A stretch of DNA of 64,000 bases. Origin: an uncultured delta proteobacterium (GTDB lineage: Bacteria > Myxococcota > Myxococcia > Myxococcales > Myxococcaceae). The translations under genes and the position numbers were made by a program. Of the stretch, positions 22,003 through 30,557 are shown piece after piece; the first letter of the stretch is position 1; each line of letters starts with the position of its first letter. The notes below the pieces were generated by a model. That model worked only from the letters and a program-made list of their open reading frames with translations, was not told where the DNA came from and ran no database searches. Location: the NCBI GenBank assembly GCA_963771175.1, contig CAVYSY010000057.1, positions 1-64,000 of the forward strand. Reading direction: 5' to 3'.

Positions 22003-22049
22003 GGCACGGGGGGATAGGCTCCTCCCACTCTCAAACGCGGGAGGAGTCC

Positions 22050-22424
22050 TTGGCTCGACGAGTCTTGGTGCTGACGCTGCTGATTGCCATGGAGCTGGGC
22101 TGCGGTGAGACCTGGGGCCGGCCCGGTGGCGTCGAAGTCCCACTGCACAGGGACTTGATGGGGCTCAACAAGGCCCCCACGTGCACGCTTGAGAAATCGG
22201 AGTGGGAGAAGCGTTGCACCAGGGAAAACCACGCGAACCACCAGATCTGCCCTGAAGGGTGTCCTATTTCAGAACCACAGAAGATCTCGCCAGCGGAAGT
22301 GAAGCTCCATGAAATGGCGCGTGTTCCTGATCGCCTTGCCATGCATTCTCCTCCCACTTCCGTTGGTGGGACTGGTCCTCAAGACCCTAGTGGCATCCGG
22401 CCACGCCAGTGCCTCGGGAAATGA
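22050..22424 (+). CDS. Small Cys-containing lipoprotein; true 3' end probably near 22300
   Basis: GGAGGAG SD then TTG; RRVLVLTLLIAMELGC lipobox-like, then GETWGRPGG...C...C...CPEGCP; frame overlaps the next gene. Confidence 0.55.
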   Translation: MARRVLVLTLLIAMELGCGETWGRPGGVEVPLHRDLMGLNKAPTCTLEKSEWEKRCTRENHANHQICPEGCPISEPQKISPAEVKLHEMARVPDRLAMHSPPTSVGGTGPQDPSGIRPRQCLGK

Positions 22425-23182
22425 ACCTCATTCCCGTGCTCCCCGAGAATGTACGCAGGGCCCTGCTGACCTACGAGCGAAGTCTGCTCGACGGATGCGG
22501 ACTGTGACCCGCCGCTCGGCTGTTTGCGCATCTTGAGCGAACTGCGTTCCGAATGTACGGACAGCAAGTGCATGGAGGACAAGGATTGCCCCGGAGGCTT
22601 CGCCTGCCTTTCCGTCAAGACCTGGAGTGGGAAGACGCTGGTCCGCAGGTGCTCGCTCATCGGAGACCGGAAGGAGGGAGAGGGCTGTGACGTGCTCTCG
22701 AGCACCCTTCGTCTTGGCTGCGCGCGGGGTCTCCTCTGTCAGGCCGGGTGGTGCGGCCGTCCCTGCCGGCTGGATGACCCATCGAGCTGCCCCGCCGACT
22801 TCTTCTGCTCGGAAGGAAGTGAGGGTCCTCCGTCCTGTCTGCCCACGTGCAAGGGCCGTTCGTGCCCCGAAGGCCAGCAATGCACTCCTGACGAAGGGGG
22901 CTCTTCTATCTGCACGCGGGTGTACGGGCTCGGACTGCCGGAAGACCCCTTGCCCCACGAACCTCGAGCTGCCATCTCATGACGCCACCTCAGCGCCCTT
23001 GGGAAGTGCGAACGGAATGCAGGCAAGGCTGTGACATGAAGACCCCCTGCCCCGAAGGGACCGTCTGCCTCCGGTTTGAGTGCCGCAAGACGTGTGACCC
23101 TCAACACCCGTCCACCTGTGGGCCTGGGCTCATCTGTGGGCAGTACAGTCCCTGGGATCCCTGGTACTGCCTTCCGGGGTAG
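22309..23182 (+). CDS. Cysteine-rich membrane-anchored protein, paralog of 9453-10355; frameshifted
   Basis: MKWR...LPLP; TYER, DADCDP, CTDSKCM, CSLIG..EGEGC, CGRPCRLDDPSSCP, PTCKGRSCPEGQQC, PCPEGTVC. Confidence 0.85.
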
Positions 23183-23257
23183 CGTTCAGCCGCGTCACCC
23201 CATCCTGTACTACGGAAACGTCACGCCCGAACTGCTGGCCGTCCGCGCCCCGCGCTT

Positions 23258-23322
23258 CACTTCTGGACGTCCAGAAGCGGAATCCCACCTTTGCATACAT
23301 CGCTTCTGGACGTCCAGAAGTG
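23258..23322. repeat. Palindrome doublet B (REP/REPIN-like)
   Basis: CACTTCTGGACGTCCAGAAGCG (23258-23279) and CGCTTCTGGACGTCCAGAAGTG (23301-23322) are exact reverse complements with a 21-nt spacer; 43 bp centre to centre. Confidence 0.95.
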
Positions 23323-23474
23323 GCGCCACCGACAGACGCATCCCAAGTGACTCCGCCAGGAGCTCAGCGAACCCGCGCCCAGGCACATCCCCCCCGAGCA
23401 GGCGGGCACGCGCCCGGCGTGGCATGGACGGAGGGACGTGGACGGTCCACCTTCGAGACAGAGAGGTGCCGCCC

Positions 23475-23969
23475 ATGATCCCCGAGCCCATCCAGCACTA
23501 CCTCCAGCAGCAGCACGTGCCCTTCCTGCGCCACTGGCACCCGCGCGCGGTGACGGCGCAGGAGCTGGCCCAGTCGCTCCACGTCACGGGCTACCGCGTG
23601 GCCAAGTCGGTCATCGTCCGGACCGCTGACCAGCAACTGTGGATCTGCGTCATCCCCGCCGCGGACACGCTGGACTTCGACAAGGTGCGGGAGGCGCTCG
23701 GCACCTCGGAGGCGAGGCTGGCCACCGAGGACGAGTTCGCCGACCTCTTCCCGGAGTGCGAGCTGGGGGCGGAACCCCCCTTCGGCCATCTCTACGGGAT
23801 ACCGGTGCTGATGGACGAGAGCCTGGGCGCGGCGGAGGACCTGCTGCTGCGCGCCGGCTCGCACGAGGAGGCGCTGGAGGTGCATGCCGCGGACTTCCTC
23901 AACCTCGAGTCGCCTCGCAAGGCCTCCATCATCCAGGAGCGCTCGGGGAAGCACCTCGAGCACTACTAG
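23475..23969 (+). CDS. YbaK/ProXp-family aminoacyl-tRNA deacylase
   Basis: VAKSVIV, ARLATEDE, CELGAEPPFG, AGSHEE. Confidence 0.9.
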   Translation: MIPEPIQHYLQQQHVPFLRHWHPRAVTAQELAQSLHVTGYRVAKSVIVRTADQQLWICVIPAADTLDFDKVREALGTSEARLATEDEFADLFPECELGAEPPFGHLYGIPVLMDESLGAAEDLLLRAGSHEEALEVHAADFLNLESPRKASIIQERSGKHLEHY

Positions 23970-23984
23970 CGCCCACCGGGAAGC

Positions 23985-26606
23985 TCAGAGGTCCTCGCCC
24001 TCGCCCAAGCTCCCCATGTCCTCGTCCGAGCCCATCACCCGCAGGAGCAGCGAATCCGAGCCGCCGACACGCTCCCGGCGCCGCTCCTCCACGCGCTGGC
24101 GCTCCGCCTCCTCCAGGCGAACCACCCACGCCTCCGCTTCCGCGCGCTTCTCGGGAGGCAGCAGCCGCAGCCCCTCGCGCACGGCCCGCGCCGCGGCATC
24201 GAGCTGGTGCATCGACTCGTGGAGGCGCGCCACCTGGAACCAGGGGTCCGGGCCGGGCTGGATGCGTGCCACGGACCGCCAGGACTCGAGCGCTCGCGCG
24301 CGGTGCCCCTCCCGCTCGTAGCTGGCGCCCTCGAGGCTGAACAGCCGGGCCCGCTGCGAGAGGTCGGAGAGGAAGGGGCTCACCTGCTGGAGCGTCTCCC
24401 GAGCGCGACGGGGGAGGCCCGCGTCCATCTGCAGGCGCGCGAGCGAGAAGGACAGCTCCACGTTGCCGGGGTAGCGGGTGCTCAGCTCCTCGAGGGACTT
24501 CAGCGCCTCGTCCTTCCGCCCCTGAGCCCGAAGGACATCCGCGCGAAGCAGGTACGAGGAGAGCGCGTCCGGGGCCAGACGGGAGACCTCGGCGCTCGCG
24601 GCCTCGGCCTGCTCCAGCTCACGCCGGTCGAGTCGCAGTCGCGCTTCACGCTCCCACAGGTTCACCACCTCGGGAGCCCCGTCGAAACGCTCGCGAGCCC
24701 AGACGAGCCAGGGAATGGCCTCCTCGTGACGCCCGGCGAGCATCAGCCTGGTGGCGAACTGCACCGCGGCCCTGGCCGAGTCCGGCGTGAGGGCCTGGAG
24801 CTCGTCGAGCGTGCGTGCCCGCCCGAGCGCCTCCCGCCACAGCACCTCGTGGTCCCCGGCCTCGAAGGCCAGGCGGTACTCGAGGAAGGACTGGGTGCGG
24901 TGCCCCAGGACGAACAGGGCGCGCGCGGCCACGCGGTGGGCCCGGGCATCCCACGGGTTCAGGAAGAGGGCCCGGTTGGCGAAGGCGAGCGCCTCGGTCG
25001 CACCCGAAGGCCCCACGGCCGTCCAGGCGGTGCCGAGCAGGTCATACAGGGCATGGTCGGCCGGGTGCCGATTGATGAGGGCGAGCCCGCGGGCACGTAC
25101 CTCGGACAGCGGCGCGCGCGCGGTGACGAGGGCGCCCAGCTCCTCCTCGGCGGAGGACAATGTGTGCCGGCCGGGGACGAGCGCGGCGAGGGCCAGGACA
25201 GTGAGGGCCACGCCCCCCGCGAGAACGGGCATGGGAGCGAAGCCACGGGGAGCCCCCGTGCGGGCACGGGGCTCGGGCCGGGCCACGGTGGCCAGTGCCA
25301 CCAGCGCCGCCACCGCGCTCGCGGGAAGCTCCAGACTGAAGTCGAAGAGGTCGTGCAGCCCGAGCGCCGCCACGCCCGCGAGCACCGCCAGGTCCGCCGC
25401 CTCCAACCTCTTGCGGCGCAGCAGCCGACCGAAGCCCCACAGCGCCACGGCGAGCAGCAGCAGGCCGGGCACGCCGAGCTCGGTGGCGAGCTGCAGCACC
25501 GCGTTCTCCGGGTGCGTATAGGTGTTGATGGCGGGCTGCGTCTGGTAGCGGGGGAAGACGGACTCGAAGGCGCCGCGACCCATGCCGAGCGGGAAGGCAC
25601 GCGCGGCCGAGGCCATCATCGGCCATAGCTCCACCTTGCTGTGGCGCAGCTCCTCCAGGCTGTCCGCGGTCGACAGCTCGGCCGAGATGCGCTCGGCGGC
25701 GACAGAGCCCCCCACCGCGAGCACCGCGAGAAGGCACAGCAGCACGACACCGCCCAGACGCCACGTGGGAGAGCGCTGCGTCCCGGCCCTGCGGTGGAGC
25801 AGCAGCAGGAGCGCGAAGGCGAGCTGCCCGAAGACGAAGAAGGCGATGCCCCCGCGCGAGAGGGACAGCAGCACGCCCGCCCCGCTCAGCACGGTGGCCA
25901 CCACGAAGGGGGCCGCGCGCGCCCGGTTCTCACTGGAGAGCGCGAGCCCCAGTGCCACGGTGGCCGACAGGGTGAGGAAGGCAGCGAGGTGGTTGGGGTT
26001 GCCGAAGGGCGTGAGGAGCGGCGGCTGCGCGTGGACGAAGTCGAAGAGCCCGAGGAGCCGGGTGAGGCCGAGGAGCGCGTGCAGCAGACCCAGCGAGGCC
26101 ACCCCCGCGCCCGTGAAGGTGAGCGTGGTCAGCAGCCGACGCCGCGCGCGCCCGGAGCGACACACCTGCACCGCGGCGACGAAGGTGAGCAGGTACGCCA
26201 GGTGCTTCGTCAGCTCGCGCCAGGTGGCCGGCGGCTCCATCGACAGGGGCCGCGAGCCGTCCAAGCCGAGAGGGACGAGGACAAAGTCACGCAGCTCGGC
26301 GGCCTCGGGGCTGAGGACGGCGAGGAGCCCCGGCGGCAGGGGAACGAGCTGCAAGAGGCACAGCAGGGCCCCGGCCCCGAGGGGAAGCGCGAGCAGCAGA
26401 GGAACGCGCAGCGAATGCCCCTGCCTTCGCGCGCCCACGCACGCCAGCACGAGGGCGAGCCCCGCGAGCGCCGCGAGAGGCCAGTGGACCCACGACGCCG
26501 CGCCCCCGAGCGCCAGCGGCACCAGCACCAGCAGCACCGACAACACCGCCTCGGCCCCGAGGGAGTACCGGGAAGTACGAGAGCTCTGGGTCAACTCGGA
26601 GGACAT
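23985..26606 (-). CDS. O-antigen ligase-like (Wzy_C/WaaL) membrane protein with C-terminal TPR region
   Basis: Multiple TM segments; FGNPNHLAAFL, SLSRGG, GMGRGAF, HPENAVLQL; TPR-like helices in the last ~350 aa. Confidence 0.88.
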   Translation of the reverse strand: MSSELTQSSRTSRYSLGAEAVLSVLLVLVPLALGGAASWVHWPLAALAGLALVLACVGARRQGHSLRVPLLLALPLGAGALLCLLQLVPLPPGLLAVLSPEAAELRDFVLVPLGLDGSRPLSMEPPATWRELTKHLAYLLTFVAAVQVCRSGRARRRLLTTLTFTGAGVASLGLLHALLGLTRLLGLFDFVHAQPPLLTPFGNPNHLAAFLTLSATVALGLALSSENRARAAPFVVATVLSGAGVLLSLSRGGIAFFVFGQLAFALLLLLHRRAGTQRSPTWRLGGVVLLCLLAVLAVGGSVAAERISAELSTADSLEELRHSKVELWPMMASAARAFPLGMGRGAFESVFPRYQTQPAINTYTHPENAVLQLATELGVPGLLLLAVALWGFGRLLRRKRLEAADLAVLAGVAALGLHDLFDFSLELPASAVAALVALATVARPEPRARTGAPRGFAPMPVLAGGVALTVLALAALVPGRHTLSSAEEELGALVTARAPLSEVRARGLALINRHPADHALYDLLGTAWTAVGPSGATEALAFANRALFLNPWDARAHRVAARALFVLGHRTQSFLEYRLAFEAGDHEVLWREALGRARTLDELQALTPDSARAAVQFATRLMLAGRHEEAIPWLVWARERFDGAPEVVNLWEREARLRLDRRELEQAEAASAEVSRLAPDALSSYLLRADVLRAQGRKDEALKSLEELSTRYPGNVELSFSLARLQMDAGLPRRARETLQQVSPFLSDLSQRARLFSLEGASYEREGHRARALESWRSVARIQPGPDPWFQVARLHESMHQLDAAARAVREGLRLLPPEKRAEAEAWVVRLEEAERQRVEERRRERVGGSDSLLLRVMGSDEDMGSLGEGEDL

Positions 26607-26788
26607 GGGAGCACCCCGAGTATGTCACGAGTCCACGGAGACGCCCGACGGAGACGCCCGGAAGTGGACGAAGGCACCTCGCAGTGAGCACTCGCCCACT
26701 CGGGGTGAGCAACCGAGGAGCCGAGCACCCGACCTTCCGTCCGCCATTGCTTGCATCCCGGACGCCATCTGGCATCTTCGCCCACCCC

Positions 26789-27100
26789 ATGCGCCGCTCC
26801 GTCGCCATCGCCCTGCTCTCCTCCGCCCTGCTCGCCCTCGCCGGTTGCAAGAGTCCGTGCCGGGAACTGTCGGAGCGTCTCTGCGACTGTGTCGAGTCGT
26901 TCCAGCGCGATCAATGCATCCGCAACGTGGCCGAGCAGGAGAGCAACATCGAGCCGACCGACGAGCAGCTCGAGGTCTGCGAGCAGCGGTTGGAGACCTG
27001 CCTCAACACGGATGACGAGGAGGAGCGGCAGGCGATCTGCCAGCGCATCGAGACGAACGAGGCCGAGAAGCAGGCCTGCGGACTGTCGCGCCAGCCGTAA
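26789..27100 (+). CDS. Small helical Cys-rich lipoprotein
   Basis: MRRSVAIALLSSALLALAGC lipobox; 8 further Cys. Confidence 0.8.
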   Translation: MRRSVAIALLSSALLALAGCKSPCRELSERLCDCVESFQRDQCIRNVAEQESNIEPTDEQLEVCEQRLETCLNTDDEEERQAICQRIETNEAEKQACGLSRQP

Positions 27101-27152
27101 CTAGCGGCGGCCCAGCCCCATGTAGGTGAAGCCCAGCACCCGCCTCCGCGAC
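27101..27152 (-). repeat. Duplicated 3' end of ugd (att-like direct repeat, copy 1)
   Basis: 48/52 identical to 29171-29222; encodes ..SRRRVLGFTYMGLGRR*. Confidence 0.93.
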
Positions 27153-27170
27153 CGCGAAAGCGCGTCGGCA

Positions 27171-28145
27171 TCAGCCTCTGGCCACGGTGAGCGCCGTGAA
27201 CACCCCGTAGAGTGCGAGAGAGAGCCCGCCCTCGAAGCGGGAGATGGAGCGCTCGCTTCGGATGAACACCGCGGCGAGACCTGTCATCAGGACGAGCGCG
27301 GCCAGGTCGAAGACGAGCGTCTGAAGCGGCGCGCCCACTGAACCCGCCAGCCCCGCTGCGCCGAGACAGAGGAAGGTGTTGAAGATGTTGGAGCCGACGA
27401 CGTTGCCGACGGCGAGGTCCGCGTGTCCGCGATGGGCGGCGATCACGCTCGTCACGAGCTCGGGGAGTGAGGTCCCCACGGCGACAATCGTGAGGCCAAC
27501 GAGTCGGTCGCTCATTCCGAGCGCATGCGCCACCGAGACAGCACCGCCCACGAACAAGTTGCCGCCGACGAGCAAGACCGCCAGGCCAACAGCGGCTGTC
27601 GCGGCTGCCCGCGGTGTGCCCACCGGCTTCGGAGCGCCTGCCGCATCTGCGGCCTCCCGTGCGGTCTTCGCGTCAAGCTTTGCCGTTGCCACCGCGGCAG
27701 CGCTCCGCGCCGCGCGGATCATCCAAGCGGTGTAGCCGACTGCGACGAGGAGCAGCCCGCCTGCCTCCCAGCGGCGCACGCTCCCATCGAGCAACAGCAG
27801 CGGGATGACCGCGGTGCTCACCACGAGGACAGGCAGCTCGCGCTGGCGTAGAGCGCCGTCCACTCGAGCCGGCCTGATGAGCGCCGCGCAGCCGAGGATC
27901 AGACCGATGTTCGTGATGTTCGAGCCGACAACGTTGCCGAGAGCCACGTCTCCATGTCCGGAAGCCGCGGCCTGAACGCCGACGATGATCTCGGGCGCCG
28001 ACGTTCCGTAGGCGACGATCGTGAGTCCCACGAGGAGCTGCGGCACGCGGAGGGCTAGCGCGAGAGCCGTCGCGCCGCCCACGAACCACTCGGCACCGAA
28101 GTACAGGAGCAACCCGCCCCCGAGGAGTTGAATCCAGTCGTTCAC
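27171..28145 (-). CDS. Calcium/sodium antiporter (YrbG/CaCA family)
   Basis: Two alpha repeats, GTSAPE...[10 protein letters not shown] and GTSLPE...[10 protein letters not shown]. Confidence 0.93.
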   Translation of the reverse strand: MNDWIQLLGGGLLLYFGAEWFVGGATALALALRVPQLLVGLTIVAYGTSAPEIIVGVQAAASGHGDVALGNVVGSNITNIGLILGCAALIRPARVDGALRQRELPVLVVSTAVIPLLLLDGSVRRWEAGGLLLVAVGYTAWMIRAARSAAAVATAKLDAKTAREAADAAGAPKPVGTPRAAATAAVGLAVLLVGGNLFVGGAVSVAHALGMSDRLVGLTIVAVGTSLPELVTSVIAAHRGHADLAVGNVVGSNIFNTFLCLGAAGLAGSVGAPLQTLVFDLAALVLMTGLAAVFIRSERSISRFEGGLSLALYGVFTALTVARG

Positions 28146-28149
28146 GCGT

Positions 28150-28735
28150 GGCCCCAAGGTCATCGATGACCGCGAGCGCGAGCAGCAGGACGCGGAGGGC
28201 GGCCGGTACGCGCTTGCCGAGAAGGGTGAGGATGCCGACCGCGAAAGCGATGTCGGTCGCCATCGGCACGCCCCATCCCGAGCGGGTTGCGGGAGCACCG
28301 GCGATGGCGAGGTAGAGGGCCGCTGGAGCTAGCATGCCGCCCAGCGCCGCAGCTGCGGGAAGCGCGGCGCGACGCCAACTCGGACAGCTCGCCGTGGTGG
28401 ATCTCCCGGCGAATCTCCACCCCCACGACGAAGAAGAAGATCACCATCAGGCCATCGTTGACGAACCACTCCAGAGTCCGCTCGAACGTGAACGAGCCGA
28501 TGCGAATGCCGAGCGGCGTGTGCCAGAGACGGACGTAGCTCTCCGCCCAGGGCGAGTTCGCCCACACGAGCGCAACGGCCGCTGCGACGAGCAGCAGGAT
28601 CCCGCTGGCGGCCTCGATGCGGAGGAAGCGCTCGAGCGGACGGCCCGCGAGCCGCGCGAAGCGCAGGAGCGGCTCCCACGCCTCAGGGGGCGACGAAGGA
28701 GGGGGGTTGGTCCCCGAAGCCGAGTGGCTCGACAT
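28150..28735 (-). pseudogene. nhaA: Truncated Na+/H+ antiporter NhaA (N-terminal ~195 aa only)
   Basis: [54 protein letters not shown]; homology stops there and runs into the Ca/Na antiporter start. Confidence 0.85.
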
Positions 28736-29098
28736 GCGCTCTCCCTGCCGGCTCAATCGCCGACCGGGTGGCGGCCCGACCATCCCTATCCTGCAGCACC
28801 AAGCGCTGCACCCTTCGCTCTAGAAAAGTGCGAGCACTTTCGCATGCCTCGGCCTTCAGGTCGAGGCATCGCTTACCCCACCAGCTTCTTGAGCTCGCCA
28901 TCCCGCGCTCGGCCTCGGCCGGCGTCGCGTCGGCCTGCTCGAGGTACACGCGGCCGCGGGCGTCGTAGTCCGTGCAGCAGGAGGCAGCCGAACGCGCGCT
29001 CGCGCAAGTGGTCCGATGGTCGGACCCGTTCGTGACGAGTGCGGCCGGGAGGCCGGCAGGTCCCGGCGGACAGAGGACCCTCCGGGCTCGGTCTGGAG

Positions 29099-29125
29099 AA
29101 ACCTGTCCGACTGTCGGACAGGTTT
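29099..29125. repeat. Palindrome of a second family, AAACCTGTCCGAC-T-GTCGGACAGGTTT
   Basis: 13-bp perfect arms around a 1-nt centre, 45 bp downstream of the ugd stop. Confidence 0.85.
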
Positions 29126-29170
29126 TGGAAAAGCGCAGCCGGGAGGCCGACGCTTCTCGATTCGGATGGC

Positions 29171-30469
29171 TTAGCGGCGGCCCAGCCCCATGTAGGAGAA
29201 GCCCAGCTCCCGCATCCGCGACGGGTCGTAGATGTTGCGGCCGTCGAAGATGACGGGGGACTTCATCAGCGCCTTCATCCGGTCGAAATCCGGGTGGCGG
29301 AACTCGTTCCACTCGGTGACGACGAAGAGCGCGTCCGCGCCCTCCAGCGCCTCGTAGGGCACGTTCGCGTAGCGGATGCGATCGCCCAGCACGCGGCGGG
29401 CGGTGCGCTCGGCCACCGGGTCATGCGCCGTCACCTGGGCGCCCTTGGCCAGCAGTCCCTCGATGACCTCGACGGAGGGCGCCTCGCGCATGTCGTCCGT
29501 CTTGGGCTTGAAGGCCAGGCCCCACACCGCGAACTTGCGCCCCTCCAGCGAGCCGAAGTGCTTCAGCGCCTTCTGCACCAGCACCTTCTTCTGGCGCTCG
29601 TTGGTGCGCTCCACCGAGCGCAGCAGGTCCAACTCCAGCCCCTGCTCGCGGCCCTTGGCCACCAGCGCCTTCACGTCCTTGGGGAAGCACGAGCCGCCGT
29701 AGCCCACGCCCGGGAAGAGGAACGGGTAGCCGATGCGCTTGTCCGCGCCCATGCCCTTGCGCACGAAGTCCACGTCCGCGCCCACCTTCTCGCAGAGCGC
29801 GGCGATGTCGTTCATGAAGGAGATGCGCGTGGCCAGCATCGCGTTGGCCGCGTACTTCGTCAGCTCGGCCGAGCGCGTGTCCATGTAGAGGATGGGGTTC
29901 TCCGTGCGCACGAACGGCGCATAGAGCTGGCCCATGAGCTTGCGCGCCCGCTCCGACTCCGTGCCGATGACCACCCGGTCCGGCTTGAAGAAGTCGTCCA
30001 GCGCGGCGCCTTCCTTGAGGAACTCGGGGTTGGAGACGACGTCGAACTCCACCTTCGTCACCTGGGAAATGACCTCGCGGACCTTGTCCGCCGTGCCCAC
30101 CGGCACGGTGCTCTTGTCCACGATGACCGTGTACTGGCGCATCGCGCGGCCGATCTGCTCCGCCGCGGACAGCACGTACTGGAGGTCCGCCTCGCCGCTC
30201 TCGCCCTCGGGCGTGCCCACGGCGATGAACACCACCTGGGCATTGGCCACCGCCGCCGGCAGGTCCGTGGAGAAGGACAGGCGCCGCTCCCGCGTGTTCT
30301 TGCGGATGAGCTCCTCCAGCCCCGGCTCGTAGATGGGAACCTCTCCCGCCTGGAGCTGGGTAATCTTCCGCGCGTCGATGTCCACGCAGACGACGTCGTT
30401 ACCCGAGTCCGCGAAGCAGGTCCCCGCGACGAGACCCACGTAGCCCGTTCCAATGATGGCGATGTGCAT
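29171..30469 (-). CDS. ugd: UDP-glucose 6-dehydrogenase
   Basis: IGTGYVGL, IVDKSTVPVG, SNPEFLKEG, AELTKYAAN, GYGGSCFPKD, GLAFKPKTDDMRE. Confidence 0.97.
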   Translation of the reverse strand: MHIAIIGTGYVGLVAGTCFADSGNDVVCVDIDARKITQLQAGEVPIYEPGLEELIRKNTRERRLSFSTDLPAAVANAQVVFIAVGTPEGESGEADLQYVLSAAEQIGRAMRQYTVIVDKSTVPVGTADKVREVISQVTKVEFDVVSNPEFLKEGAALDDFFKPDRVVIGTESERARKLMGQLYAPFVRTENPILYMDTRSAELTKYAANAMLATRISFMNDIAALCEKVGADVDFVRKGMGADKRIGYPFLFPGVGYGGSCFPKDVKALVAKGREQGLELDLLRSVERTNERQKKVLVQKALKHFGSLEGRKFAVWGLAFKPKTDDMREAPSVEVIEGLLAKGAQVTAHDPVAERTARRVLGDRIRYANVPYEALEGADALFVVTEWNEFRHPDFDRMKALMKSPVIFDGRNIYDPSRMRELGFSYMGLGRR

Positions 30470-30557
30470 GAGCGTCCTAGCTGGTCGACGGCCAGCATCG
30501 CTCATACGCCGGGATGCGCCCCCTGGGGAAGGGGCGAGTCATGGCCAATCGCCTCCC

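Larger units (their letters stand above)
27153..29170. mobile_element. ~2-kb islet/island remnant inserted at the ugd 3' end; no integrase present
   Basis: Bounded by the 52-bp direct repeat; codon usage visibly less GC3-biased; carries antiporter genes unrelated to the flanking polysaccharide genes. Confidence 0.65.

Noticed and set aside
20637..22424. 595-aa astB fusion ORF
   Set aside because: Artefact of the astB frameshift reading through into the downstream lipoprotein frame
27149..27162. 14-bp match CGACCGCGAAAGCG to 28236-28249
   Set aside because: Short and GC-rich, and the second copy lies inside nhaA coding sequence; may be chance
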